Shown here: piece after piece, positions 42,900-57,700 of the stretch
How positions within the stretch are numbered: position 1 is the stretch's first letter
Layout of the letters: every line of letters begins with the position of its first letter
Source of the DNA: Azolla caroliniana
Lineage: Eukaryota; Plantae; Polypodiophyta
Assembly (NCBI GenBank): GCA_043228905.1
Contig: JBHGNT010000026.1
Coordinates: 434,001-498,000, forward strand
Direction of reading: 5' to 3'
DNA length: 64,000 nucleotides
Position numbers and translations under genes: made by a program
Notes under the pieces: generated by a model
The model's database searches: none
Seen by the model: only the letters and a program-made list of their open reading frames with translations
What the model was told of the DNA's origin: nothing

Positions 42900-45800
42900 G
42901 AGTTGAGAGGAGCCCTTGAGTAAATTAAAATGGTCATACCTAGCGAGTGTGATATCGGATTTTTGTGTACAAACATGCGAATCGAAGCTAACAACGCTAG
43001 CTATGATATGGAATTAAAAAATCAAGATTTTGAAACTCAGGTCGAGAGACATGACGAAATTACCAAATTTGAGGAGTGAGTTGAGAGGAGCCCTTGAGTA
43101 AATTAAAATGGTCATACCTAGCGAGTGTGATATCGGATTTTTGTGTACAAACATGCGAATCGAAGCTAACAACGCTAGCTATGATATGGAATTAAAAAAT
43201 CAAGATTTTGAAACTCAGGTCGAGAGACATGACGACATTTCCAAATTTCAGGAGGGAGTTGAGAAGAGCTAGTAGGTAAATTATAATGTTCATACCTGGT
43301 TCGTGTGATATTGGATTTTTGTGTTCAAACATTCGAATCGAAGCTAACAACGCTAGCTATGATATGGAATTACAAAATCAAGATTTTGAAACTCCAGTCG
43401 AGAGACATGATGAAATTGCCAAATTTGACGAGTGACGTTGGAAGAGCGCGTGAGTGAATTAAAATGTTCATACCTGGCTCGTGTGATATCGGATTTTTGT
43501 GTTCAAACATGGAAATCGAAGCTAACAACGCTAGCTATGATATGGAATTAAAAAATCAATATTTTGAAAATCAGGTCGAGAGGCATGACGAAATTAGCAA
43601 ATTTGAGGAGTGAGTTGAGAGGAGCCCTTGAGTAAATCAAAATGTTCATACCTAGTGAGCGTGATATCGGATTTTTGTGTTCAAACATGCGAATCGAAGC
43701 TAACAACGCAAGCTATGATATGGAATTAAAAAATCAAGATTTTGAAACTCAGGTCGAGAGACATGACGAAATTAGCAACCTTGACGAGGGAGTTGAGAGG
43801 AGCCCTTAAGTAAATAAAAATGTTCATACCTAGCTCGTGTGAGATCGGATTTTTGTGTTCAAACATGCGAATCGAAGCTAACAACGCTAGCTGTGATTTG
43901 GAATTAAAAAATCAAGATTTTGCAACTCAAGTCGAGAGACATGACGAAATTAGCAAATTTGAGGAGTGACTTGAGAGGAGCCCTTGAGTAAATTAAAATG
44001 TTCATACCTAGCGAGTGTGATATCGGATTTTTGTGTACAAACATGCGAATCGAAGCTAACAACGCTAGCTATGATATGGAATTAAAAAATCAAGATTTTG
44101 AAACTCAGGTCGAGAGACATGACGAAATTTCCAAATTTCACGAGGGAGTTGACAAGAGCTAGTAGGTAAATTATAATGTTCATACCTGGTTCGTGTGATA
44201 TCGGATTTTTGTGTTCAAACATGCGAATCGAAGCTAACAACGCTAGCTATGATATGGAATTACAAAATCAAGATTTTGAAACTCAGGTCGAGAGACATGA
44301 CGAAATTACCAAATTTGAGGAGGGAGTTGAGAGGGGCCCTTGAGTAAATTAAAATGTTCATACCTAGCGAGTGTGATATCGGATTTTTGTGTTCAAACAT
44401 GCGAATCGAAGCTAACAACGCTAGCTGTGATTTGGAATTAAAAAATCAAGATTTTGATACTCAGGTCGAGAGACATGACGAAATTAGCAAATTTGAGGAG
44501 TGAGTTGAGAGGAGCCCTTGAGTAAATTAAAATGGTCATACCTAGCGAGTGTGATATCGGATTTTTGTGTTCAAACATGCGAATCGAAGCTAACAACGCT
44601 AGCTGTGATTTGGAATTAAAAAATCAAGATTTTGATACTCAGGTCGAGAGACATGACGAAATTAGCAAATTTGAGGAGTGAGTTGAGAGGAGCCCTTGAG
44701 TAAATTAAAATGGTCATACCTAGCGAGTGTGATATCGGATTTTTGTGTACAAACATGCGAATCGAAGCTAACAACGCTAGCTATGATATGGAATTAAAAA
44801 ATCAAGATTTTGAAACTCAGGTCGAGAGACATGACGAAATTACCAAATTTGAGGAGTGAGTTGAGAGGAGCCCTTGAGTAAATTAAAATGGTCATACCTA
44901 GCGAGTGTGATATCGGATTTTTGTGTACAAACATGCGAATCGAAGCTAACAACGCTAGCTATGATATGGAATTAAAAAATCAAGATTTTGAAACTCAGGT
45001 CGAGAGACATGACGAAATTACCAAATTTGAGGAGTGAGTTGAGAGGAGCCCTTGAGTAAATTAAAATGGTCATACCTAGCGAGTGTGATATCGGATTTTT
45101 GTGTACAAACATGCGAATCGAAGCTAACAACGCTAGCTATGATATGGAATTAAAAAATCAAGAGTTTGAAACTCAGGTCGAGAGACATGACGACATTTCC
45201 AAATTTCAGGAGGGAGTTGAGAAGAGCTAGTAGGTAAATTATAATGTTCATACCTGGTTCGTGTGATATCGGATTTTTGTGTTCAAACATTCGAATCGAA
45301 GCTAACAACGCTAGCTATGATATGGAATTACAAAATCAAGATTTTGAAACTCCAGTCGAGAGACATGATGAAATTTCCAAATTTGACGAGTGACGTTGGA
45401 AGAGCGCGTGAGTGAATTAAAATGTTCATACCTGGCTCGTGTGATATCGGATTTTTGTGTTCAAACATGGAAATCGAAGCTAACAACGCTAGCTATGATA
45501 TGGAATTAAAAAATCAATATTTTGAAAATCAGGTCGAGAGGCATGACGAAATTAGCAAATTTGAGGAGTGAGTTGAGAGGAGCCCTTGAGTAAATTAAAA
45601 TGTTCATACCTAGTGAGCGTGATATCGGATTTTTGTGTTCAAACATGCGAATCGAAGCTAACAACGCAAGCTATGATATGGAATTAAAAAATCAAGATTT
45701 TGAAACTCAGGTCGAGAGACATGACGAAATTAGCAACCTTGACGAGGGAGTTGAGAGGAGCCCTTAAGTAAATAAAAATGTTCATACCTAGCTCGTGTGA

Positions 45801-48790
45801 TATCGGATTTTTGTGTTCAAACATGCGAATCGAAGCTAACAACGCTAGCTGTGATTTGGAATTAAAAAATCAAGATTTTGCAACTCAAGTCGAGAGACAT
45901 GACGAAATTAGCAAATTTGAGGAGTGACTTGAGAGGAGCCCTTGAGTAAATTAAAATGTTCATACCTAGCGAGTGTGATATCGGATTTTTGTGTACAAAC
46001 ATGCGAATCGAAGCTAACAACGCTAGCTATGATATGGAATTAAAAAATCAAGATTTTGAAACTCAGGTCGAGAGACATGACGAAATTTCCAAATTTCACG
46101 AGGGAGTTGACAAGAGCTAGTAGGTAAATTATAATGTTCATACCTGGTTCGTGTGATATCGGATTTTTGTGTTCAAACATGCGAATCGAAGCTAACAACG
46201 CTAGCTATGATATGGAATTACAAAATCAAGATTTTGAAACTCAGGTCGAGAGACATGACGAAATTACCAAATTTGAGGAGGGAGTTGAGAGGGGCCCTTG
46301 AGTAAATTAAAATGTTCATACCTAGCGAGTGTGATATCGGATTTTTGTGTTCAAACATGCGAATCGAAGCTAACAACGCTAGCTGTGATTTGGAATTAAA
46401 AAATCAAGATTTTGATACTCAGGTCGAGAGACATGACGAAATTAGCAAATTTGAGGAGTGAGTTGAGAGGAGCCCTTGAGTAAATTAAAATGGTCATACC
46501 TAGCGAGTGTGATATCGGATTTTTGTGTTCAAACATGCGAATCGAAGCTAACAACGCTAGCTGTGATTTGGAATTAAAAAATCAAGATTTTGATACTCAG
46601 GTCGAGAGACATGACGAAATTAGCAAATTTGAGGAGTGAGTTGAGAGGAGCCCTTGAGTAAATTAAAATGGTCATACCTAGCGAGTGTGATATCGGATTT
46701 TTGTGTACAAACATGCGAATCGAAGCTAACAACGCTAGCTATGATATGGAATTAAAAAATCAAGATTTTGAAACTCAGGTCGAGAGACATGACGAAATTT
46801 CCAAATTTCAGGAGGGAGTTGACAAGGAGCCCTTGAGTAAATTAAAATGGTCATACCTAGCGAGTGTGATATCGGATTTTTGTGTACAAACATGCGAATC
46901 GAAGCTAACAACGCTAGCTATGATATGGAATTAAAAAATCAAGATTTTGAAACTCAGGTCGAGAGACATGACGAAATTACCAAATTTGAGGAGTGAGTTG
47001 AGAGGAGCCCTTGAGTAAATTAAAATGGTCATACCTAGCGAGTGTGATATCGGATTTTTGTGTACAAACATGCGAATCGAAGCTAACAACGCTAGCTATG
47101 ATATGGAATTAAAAAATCAAGATTTTGAAACTCAGGTCGAGAGACATGACATTTCCAAATTTCAGGAGGGAGTTGAGAAGAGCTAGTAGGTAAATTATAA
47201 TGTTCATACCTGGTTCGTGTGATATTGGATTTTTGTGTTCAAACATTCGAATCGAAGCTAACAACGCTAGCTATGATATGGAATTACAAAATCAAGATTT
47301 TGAAACTCCAGTCGAGAGACATGATGAAATTGCCAAATTTGACGAGTGACGTTGGAAGAGCGCGTGAGTGAATTAAAATGTTCATACCTGGCTCGTGTGA
47401 TATCGGATTTTTGTGTTCAAACATGGAAATCGAAGCTAACAACGCTAGCTATGATATGGAATTAAAAAATCAATATTTTGAAAATCAGGTCGAGAGGCAT
47501 GACGAAATTAGCAAATTTGAGGAGTGAGTTGAGAGGAGCCCTTGAGTAAATTAAAATGTTCATACCTAGTGAGCGTGATATCGGATTTTTGTGTTCAAAC
47601 ATGCGAATCGAAGCTAACAACGCAAGCTATGATATGGAATTAAAAAATCAAGATTTTGAAACTCAGGTCGAGAGACATGACGAAATTAGCAACCTTGACG
47701 AGGGAGTTGAGAGGAGCCCTTAAGTAAATAAAAATGTTCATACCTAGCTCGTGTGAGATCGGATTTTTGTGTTCAAACATGCGAATCGAAGCTAACAACG
47801 CTAGCTGTGATTTGGAATTAAAAAATCAAGATTTTGCAACTCAAGTCGAGAGACATGACGAAATTAGCAAATTTGAGGAGTGACTTGAGAGGAGCCCTTG
47901 AGTAAATTAAAATGTTCATACCTAGCGAGTGTGATATCGGATTTTTGTGTACAAACATGCGAATCGAAGCTAACAACGCTAGCTATGATATGGAATTAAA
48001 AAATCAAGATTTTGAAACTCAGGTCGAGAGACATGACGAAATTTCCAAATTTCACGAGGGAGTTGACAAGAGCTAGTAGGTAAATTATAATGTTCATACC
48101 TGGTTCGTGTGATATCGGATTTTTGTGTTCAAACATGCGAATCGAAGCTAACAACGCTAGCTATGATATGGAATTACAAAATCAAGATTTTGAAACTCAG
48201 GTCGAGAGACATGACGAAATTACCAAATTTGAGGAGGGAGTTGAGAGGGGCCCTTGAGTAAATTAAAATGTTCATACCTAGCGAGTGTGATATCGGATTT
48301 TTGTGTTCAAACATGCGAATCGAAGCTAACAATGCTAGCTGTGATTTGGAATTAAAAAATCAAGATTTTGATACTCAGGTCGAGAGACATGACGAAATTA
48401 GCAAATTTGAGGAGTGAGTTGAGAGGAGCCCTTGAGTAAATTAAAATGGTCATACCTAGCGAGTGTGATATCGGATTTTTGTGTTCAAACATGCGAATCG
48501 AAGCTAACAACGCTAGCTGTGATTTGGAATTAAAAAATCAAGATTTTGATACTCAGGTCGAGAGACATGACGAAATTAGCAAATTTGAGGAGTGAGTTGA
48601 GAGGAGCCCTTGAGTAAATTAAAATGGTCATACCTAGCGAGTGTGATATCGGATTTTTGTGTACAAACATGCGAATCGAAGCTAACAACGCTAGCTATGA
48701 TATGGAATTAAAAAATCAAGATTTTGAAACTCAGGTCGAGAGACATGACGAAATTTCCAAATTTCAGGAGGGAGTTGACAAGAGCTAGTA
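42900..48790. repeat. Second, distinct 11-monomer HOR (1958/1956 bp), 3 copies
   Basis: The marker aaccttgacgaggg has its ttgacg at 43781, 45739 and 47695. Other markers are catggaaatc, gaggcatg, tagtgagcgt, gctgtgatttgg and ttcacgagggagttgacaag. Confidence 0.93.
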
Positions 48791-51700
48791 GGTAAATTAT
48801 AATGTTCATACCTGGTTCGTGTGATATCGGATTTTTGTGTTCAAACATGCGAATCGAAGCTAACAACGCTAGCTATGATATGGAATTACAAAATCAAGAT
48901 TTTGAAACTCAGGTCGAGAGACATGACGAAATTACCAAATTTCAGGAGGGAGTTGAGAGGAGCCCTTGAGTAAATTAAAATGTTCATACCTAGCGAGTGT
49001 GATATCGCACTTTTGTGTACAAACATGCGAATCGAAGCTAACAACGCTAGCTATGATATGGAATTAAAAAATCAAGATTTTGAAACTCAGGTCGAGAGAC
49101 ATGACGAAATTACCAAATTTGAGGAGTGAGTTGAGAGGAGCCCTTGAATAATTTAAAATGGTCATACCTAGCGAGTGTGATATCGGATTTTTGTGTACAA
49201 ACATGCGAATCGAAGCTAACAACGCTAGCTATGATATGGAATTAAAAAATCAAGAGTTTGAAACTCAGGTCGAGAGACATGACGAAATTTCCAAATTTCA
49301 GGAGGGAGTTGAGAAGAGCTAGTAGGTAAATTATAATGTTCATACCTAGTTCGTGTGATATCGGATTTTTGTGTTCAAACATTCGAATCGAAGGTAACAA
49401 CGCTAGCTATGATATGGAATTAAAAAATCAAGATTTTGAAACTCCAGTCGAGAGACATGATGAAATTTCCAAATTTGAGGAGTGACGTTGGAAGAGCGCG
49501 TGAGTGAATTAAAATGTTCATACCTGGCTCGTGTGATATCGGATTTTTGTGTTCAAACATGCGAATCGAAGCTAACAACGCTAGCTATGATATGGAATTA
49601 AGAAATCAAGATTTTGACACTCAGGTCGAGAGACATGACGAAATTAGCAAATTTGAGGAGTGAGGTGAGAGGAGCCCTTGAGTAAATTAAAATGGTCATA
49701 CTTAGCGAGTGTGATATCGGATTTTTGTGTACAAACATGCGAATCGAAGCTAACAACGCTAGCTATGATATGGAATTAAAAAATCAAGATTTTGAAACTC
49801 AGGTCGAGAGACATGACGACATTTCCAAATTTCAGGAGGGAGTTGAGAAGAGCTAGTAGGTAAATTATAATGTTCATACCTGGTTCGTGTGATATTGGAT
49901 TTTTGTGTTCAAACATTCGAATCGAAGCTAACAACGCTAGCTATGATATGGAATTACAAAATCAAGATTTTGAAACTCCAGTCGAGAGACATGATGAAAT
50001 TGCCAAATTTGACGAGTGACGTTGGAAGAGCGCGTGAGTGAATTAAAATGTTCATACCTGGCTCGTGTGATATCGGATTTTTGTGTTCAAACATGCAAAT
50101 CGAAGCTAACAACGCTAGCTATGATATGGAATTAAAAAATCAATATTTTGAAAATCAGGTCGAGAGGCATGACGAAATTAGCAAATTTGAGGAGTGAGTT
50201 GAGAGGAGCCCTTGAGTAAATTAAAATGTTCATACCTAGTGAGCGTGATATCGGATTTTTGTGTTCAAACATGCGAATCGAAGCTAACAACGCTAGCTAT
50301 GATATGGAATTAAAAAATCAAGATTTTGAAACTAAGGTTGAGAGACATGACGAAATTAGCAAATTTGAGGAGTGACTTTGGAAGAGCGCGTGAGTGAATT
50401 AAAATGTTCATACCTGGCTCGTGTGATATCGGATTTTTGTGTTCAAACATGCTAATCGAAGCTAACAACGCTAGCTATGATATGGAATTAAAAAATCAAG
50501 ATTTTGAAACTCAGGTCCAGATACATGACGAAATTAGCAAATTTGAGGAGTGAGTTGAGAGGAGCCCTTGAGTAAATTAAAATGTTCATACATAGCGAGT
50601 GTGATATCGGATTTTTGTGTGCAAACATGCGAATCGAAGCTAACAACGCTAGCTATGATATGGAATTAAAAAATCAAGATTTTGAAACTCAGGTCGAGAG
50701 ACATGACGAAATTACCAAATTTGAGGAGGGGGTTGAGAGGGGCCCTTGAGTAAATTAAAATGTTCATACCTAGCTCGTGTGATATCGGATTTTTGTGTTC
50801 AAACATGCGAATCGAAGCTAACAACGCTAGCTATGATATGGAATAAAAAAAACAAGATTTTGAAACTCAGGTCGAGAGACATGACGAAATTACCAAATTT
50901 GAGGAGTGAGTTGAGAGGAGCCCTTGAGTAAATTAAAATGGTCATACCTAGCGAGTGTAATATCGGATTTTTGTGTACAAACATGCGAATCGAAGCTAAC
51001 AACGCTAGCTATGATATGGAATTAAAAAATCAAGATTTTGAAACTCAGGTCGAGAGACATGACGACATTTCCAAATTTCAGGAGGGAGTAGAGAAGAGCT
51101 AGTAGGTAAATTATAATGTTCATACCTGGTTCGTGTGATATTGGATTTTTGTGTTCAAACATTCGAATCGAAGCTAACAACGCTAGCTATGATATGGAAT
51201 TACAAAATCAAGATTTTGAAACTCAGGTCGAGAGACTTGATGAAATTGCCAAATTTGAGGAGTGACGTTGGAAGAGCGCGTGAGTGAATTAAAATGTTCA
51301 TACCTGGCTCGTGTGATATCGGATTTTTGTGTTCAAACATGCAAATCGAAGCTAACAACGCTAGCTATGATATAGAATTAAAAAATAAAGATTTTGAAAC
51401 TCAGGTCGAGAGACATGACGAAATTACCAAATTTGATGAGTGAGTTGAGAGGAGCCCTTGAGTAAATTAAAATGGTCATACCTAGCGAGTGTAATATCGG
51501 ATTTTTGTGTACAAACATGCGAATCGAAGCTAACAACGCTAGCAATGATATGGAATTAAAAAATCAAGATTTTGAAACTCAGGTCGAGAGACATGACGAA
51601 ATTACCAAATTTGAGGAGGGAGTTGAGAAGAGCTAGTAGGTAAATTATAATGTTCATACCTGGCTCGTGTGATATCGGTTTTTTGTGTTCAAACATGCAA

Positions 51701-54700
51701 ATCGAAGCTAACAACGCTAGCTATGATATAGAATTAAAAAATAAAGATTTTGAAACTCAGGTCGAGAGACATGACGAAATTACCAAATTTGAGGAGGGGG
51801 TTGAGAGGGGCCCTTGAGTAAATTAAAATGTTCATACCTAGCTCGTGTGATATCGGATTTTTGTGTTCAAACATGCGAATCGAAGCTAACAACGCTAGCT
51901 ATGATATGGAATAAAAAAAACAAGATTTTGAAACTCAGGTCGAGAGACATGACGAAATTACCAAATTTGAGGAGTGAGTTGAGAGGAGCCCTTGAGTAAA
52001 TTAAAATGGTCATACCTAGCTAGTGTGATATCGGATTTTTGTGTTCAAACATGCGAATCGAAGCTAACAACGTTAGCTATGATATGGAATTAAAAAATCA
52101 AGATTTTGAAACTCAGGTCGAGAGACATGACGAAATTTCCAAATTTCAGGAGGGAGTTGAGAAGAGCTAGTAGGTAAATTATAATGTTCATACCTAGCTC
52201 GTGTTATATCGGATTTTTGTGTTCAAACATGCGAATCGAAGCTAACAACGCTAGCAATGATATGGAATTAAAAAATCAAGATTTTGAAACTCAGGTCGAG
52301 AGACATGACGAAATTACCAAATTTGAGGAGGGAGTTGAGAAGAGCTAGTAGGTAAATTATAATGTTCATACCTGGCTCGTGTGATATCGGTTTTTTGTGT
52401 TCAAACATGCAAATCGAAGCTAACAACGCTAGCTATGATATAGAATTAAAAAATAAAGATTTTGAAACTCAGGTCGAGAGACATGACGAAATTACCAAAT
52501 TTGAGGAGTGAGTTGAGAGGAGCCCTTGAGTAAATTAAAATGGTCATACCTAGCGAGTGTAATATCGGATTTTTGTGTACAAACATGCGAATCGAAGCTA
52601 ACAACGCTAGCTATGATATGGAATTACAAAATCAAGATTTTGAAACTCAGGTCGAGAGATATGACGAAATTAGCAAATTTGAGGAGTGAGTTGAGAGGAG
52701 CCCTTGAGTAAATTAAAATGGTCATACCTAGCGAGTGTAATATCGGATTTTTGTGTACAAACATGCGAATCGAAGCTAACAAGGCTAGCTATGATATGGA
52801 ATTACAAAATCAAGATTTTGAAACTCAGGTCGAGAGATATGACGAAATTAGCAAATTTGAGGAGTGAGTTGAGAGGAGCCCTTGAGTAAATTAAAATGGT
52901 CATACCTAGCGAGTGTGATATCGGATTTTTGTGTTCAAACATGCGAATCTAAGCTAAATACGCTAGCTATGATATGGAATTAAAAAATCAAGATTTTGAA
53001 TCTCAGGTCGAGAGACATGACGAAATTACCAAATTTGAGGAGCGAGTTAAGAAGAGCTATTAGGTAAATTACAATGTTCATACCTGGCTCGTGTGATATC
53101 GGTTTTTTGTGTTCAAACATGCGAATCGAAGCTAACAATGCTAGCTATGATATGGAATTAAAAAATCAAGATTTTGAAACTCAGGTCGAGAGACATGACG
53201 AAATTTCCAAATTTCAGGAGGGAGTTGAGAAGAGCTAGTAGGTAAATTAAAATGGTTATACCTAGCGAGTGTGATATCGGATTTTTGTGTTCAAACATGC
53301 GAATCGAAGCTAATAACGCTAGCTATGATATGGAATTAAAAAATCAAGATTTTGCAACTCAAGTCGAGAGACATAAAGAAATTACCAAATTTGAGGAGTG
53401 AGGTTGGAAGAGCGCGTGAGTGAATTAAAATGTTCATACCTGGCTCGTGTGATATCGGATTTTTGTGTTCAAACATGCGAATCGAAGCTAACAACGCTAG
53501 CAATGATATGGAATTAAGAAATCAAGATTTTGAAACTCAGGTCGAGAGACATGACGAAATTAGCAAATTTGAGGAGTGAGTTGAGAGGAGCCCTTGAGTA
53601 AATTAAAATGGTCATACCTAGCGAGTGTGATATCGGATTTTTGTGTACAAACATGCGAATCGAAGCTAACAACGCTAGCTATGATATGGAATTAAAAAAT
53701 CAAGATTTTGAAACCCAGGTCGAGAGACATGACGAAATTAGCAAATTTGAGGAGTGAGTTAGGAGGAGCCCTTGAGTAAATTAAAATGGTCATACCTAGC
53801 GAGTGTGATATCGGATTTTTGTGTACAAACATGCGAATCGAAGCTAACAACGCTAGCTATGATATGGAATTAAAAAATCAAGATTTTGAAACTCAGGTCG
53901 AGAGACATGACGACATTTCCAAATTTCAGGAGGGAGTAGAGAAGAGCTTGTAGGTAAATTATAATGTTCATACCTGGTTCGTGTGTATTGGATTTTTGTG
54001 TTCAAACATTCGAATCGAAGCTAACAACGCTAGCTATGATATGGAATTACAAAATCAAGATTTTGAAACTCCAGTCGAGAGACATGATAAAATTACCAAA
54101 TTTGAGGAGTGACGTTGGAAGAGCGCGTGAGTGAATTAAAATGTTCATACCTGGCTCGTGTGATATCGGATTTTTGTGTTCAAACATGCGAATCGAAGCT
54201 AACAACGCTAGCTATCATATGGAATTAAGAAATCAAGATTTTGACACTGAGGTCGAGAGACATGACGAAATTAGCAAATTTGAGGAGTGAGTTGAGAGGA
54301 TCCCTTGAGTAAATTAAAATGGTCATACCTAGCGAGTGTGATATCGGATTTTTGTGTTCAAACATGCGAATCGAAGCTAACAACGCTAGCTATGATATGG
54401 AATTAAAAAATCAAGATTTTGAAACTCAGGTCCAGATACATGACGAAATTAGCAAATTTGAGGAGTGAGTTGAGAGGAGCCCTTGAGTAAATTAAAATGT
54501 TCATACATAGCGAGTGTGATATCGGATTTTTGTGTGCAAACATGCGAATCGAAGCTAACAACGCTAGCTATGATATGGAATTAAAAAATCAAGATTTTGA
54601 AACTCAGGTCGAGAGACATGACGAAATTACCAAATTTGAGGAGGGGGTTGAGAGGGGCCCTTGAGTAAATTAAAATGTTCATACCTAGCTCGTGTGATAT

Positions 54701-57700
54701 CGGATTTTTGTGTTCAAACATGCGAATCGAAGCTAACAACGCTAGCTATGATATGGAATAAAAAAAACAAGATTTTGAAACTCAGGTCGAGAGACATGAC
54801 GAAATTACCAAATTTGAGGAGTGAGTTGAGAGGAGCCCTTGAGTAAATTAAAATGGTCATACCTAGCTAGTGTGATATCGGATTTTTGTGTTCAAACATG
54901 CGAATCGAAGCTAACAACGTTAGCTATGATATGGAATTAAAAAATCAAGATTTTGAAACTCAGGTCGAGAGACATGACGAAATTTCCAAATTTCAGGAGG
55001 GAGTTGAGAAGAGCTAGTAGGTAAATTATAATGTTCATACCTAGCTCGTGTTATATCGGATTTTTGTGTTCAAACATGCGAATCGAAGCTAACAACGCTA
55101 GCTATGATATGGAATTACAAAATCAAGATTTTGAAACTCCAGTCGAGAGACATGATGAAATTTCCAAATTTGACGAGTGACGTTGGAAGAGCGCGTGAGT
55201 GAATTAAAATGTTCATACCTGGCTCGTGTGATATCGGATTTTTGTGTTCAAACATGGAAATCGAAGCTAACAACGCTAGCTATGATATGGAATTAAAAAA
55301 TCAATATTTTGAAAATCAGGTCGAGAGGCATGACGAAATTAGCAAATTTGAGGAGTGAGTTGAGAGGAGCCCTTGAGTAAATTAAAATGTTCATACCTAG
55401 TGAGCGTGATATCGGATTTTTGTGTTCAAACATGCGAATCGAAGCTAACAACACAAGCTATGATATGGAATTAAAAAATCAAGATTTTGAAACTCAGGTC
55501 GAGAGACATGACGAAATTAGCAACCTTGACGAGGGAGTTGAGAGGAGCCCTTAAGTAAATAAAAATGTTCATACCTAGCTCGTGTGATATCGGATTTTTG
55601 TGTTCAAACATGCGAATCGAAGCTAACAACGCTAGCTGTGATTTGGAATTAAAAAATCAAGATTTTGCAACTCAAGTCGAGAGACATGACGAAATTAGCA
55701 AATTTGAGGAGTGACTTGAGAGGAGCCCTTGAGTAAATTAAAATGTTCATACCTAGCGAGTGTGATATCGGATTTTTGTGTACAAACATGCGAATCGAAG
55801 CTAACAACGCTAGCTATGATATGGAATTAAAAAATCAAGATTTTGAAACTCAGGTCGAGAGACATGACGAAATTTCCAAATTTCACGAGGGAGTTGACAA
55901 GAGCTAGTAGGTAAATTATAATGTTCATACCTGGTTCGTGTGATATCGGATTTTTGTGTTCAAACATGCGAATCGAAGCTAACAACGCTAGCTATGATAT
56001 GGAATTACAAAATCAAGATTTTGAAACTCAGGTCGAGAGACATGACGAAATTACCAAATTTGAGGAGGGAGTTGAGAGGGGCCCTTGAGTAAATTAAAAT
56101 GTTCATACCTAGCGAGTGTGATATCGGATTTTTGTGTTCAAACATGCGAATCGAAGCTAACAACGCTAGCTGTGATTTGGAATTAAAAAATCAAGATTTT
56201 GATACTCAAGTCGAGAGACATGACGAAATTAGCAAATTTGAGGAGTGAGTTGAGAGGAGCCCTTGAGTAAATTAAAATGGTCATACCTAGCGAGTGTGAT
56301 ATCGGATTTTTGTGTTCAAACATGCGAATCGAAGCTAACAACGCTAGCTGTGATTTGGAATTAAAAAATCAAGATTTTGATACTCAGGTCGAGAGACATG
56401 ACGAAATTAGCAAATTTGAGGAGTGAGTTGAGAGGAGCCCTTGAGTAAATTAAAATGGTCATACCTAGCGAGTGTGATATCGGATTTTTGTGTACAAACA
56501 TGCGAATCGAAGCTAACAACGCTAGCTATGATATGGAATTAAAAAATCAAGATTTTGAAACTCAGGTCGAGAGACATGACGAAATTTCCAAATTTCAGGA
56601 GGGAGTTGACAAGGAGCCCTTGAGTAAATTAAAATGGTCATACCTAGCGAGTGTGATATCGGATTTTTGTGTACAAACATGCGAATCGAAGCTAACAACG
56701 CTAGCTATGATATGGAATTAAAAAATCAAGATTTTGAAACTCAGGTCGAGAGACATGACGAAATTACCAAATTTGAGGAGTGAGTTGAGAGGAGCCCTTG
56801 AGTAAATTAAAATGGTCATACCTAGCGAGTGTGATATCGGATTTTTGTGTACAAACATGCGAATCGAAGCTAACAACGCTAGCTATGATATGGAATTAAA
56901 AAATCAAGATTTTGAAACTCAGGTCGAGAGACATGACATTTCCAAATTTCAGGAGGGAGTTGAGAAGAGCTAGTAGGTAAATTATAATGTTCATACCTGG
57001 TTCGTGTGATATTGGATTTTTGTGTTCAAACATTCGAATCGAAGCTAACAACGCTAGCTATGATATGGAATTACAAAATCAAGATTTTGAAACTCCAGTC
57101 GAGAGACATGATGAAATTGCCAAATTTGACGAGTGACGTTGGAAGAGCGCGTGAGTGAATTAAAATGTTCATACCTGGCTCGTGTGATATCGGATTTTTG
57201 TGTTCAAACATGGAAATCGAAGCTAACAACGCTAGCTATGATATGGAATTAAAAAATCAATATTTTGAAAATCAGGTCGAGAGGCATGACGAAATTAGCA
57301 AATTTGAGGAGTGAGTTGAGAGGAGCCCTTGAGTAAATTAAAATGTTCATACCTAGTGAGCGTGATATCGGATTTTTGTGTTCAAACATGCGAATCGAAG
57401 CTAACAACGCAAGCTATGATATGGAATTAAAAAATCAAGATTTTGAAACTCAGGTCGAGAGACATGACGAAATTAGCAACCTTGACGAGGGAGTTGAGAG
57501 GAGCCCTTAAGTAAATAAAAATGTTCATACCTAGCTCGTCTGATATCGGATTTTTGTGTTCAAACATGCGAATCGAAGCTAACAACGCTAGCTGTGATTT
57601 GGAATTAAAAAATCAAGATTTTGCAACTCAAGTCGAGAGACATGACGAAATTAGCAAATTTGAGGAGTGACTTGAGAGGAGCCCTTGAGTAAATTAAAAT

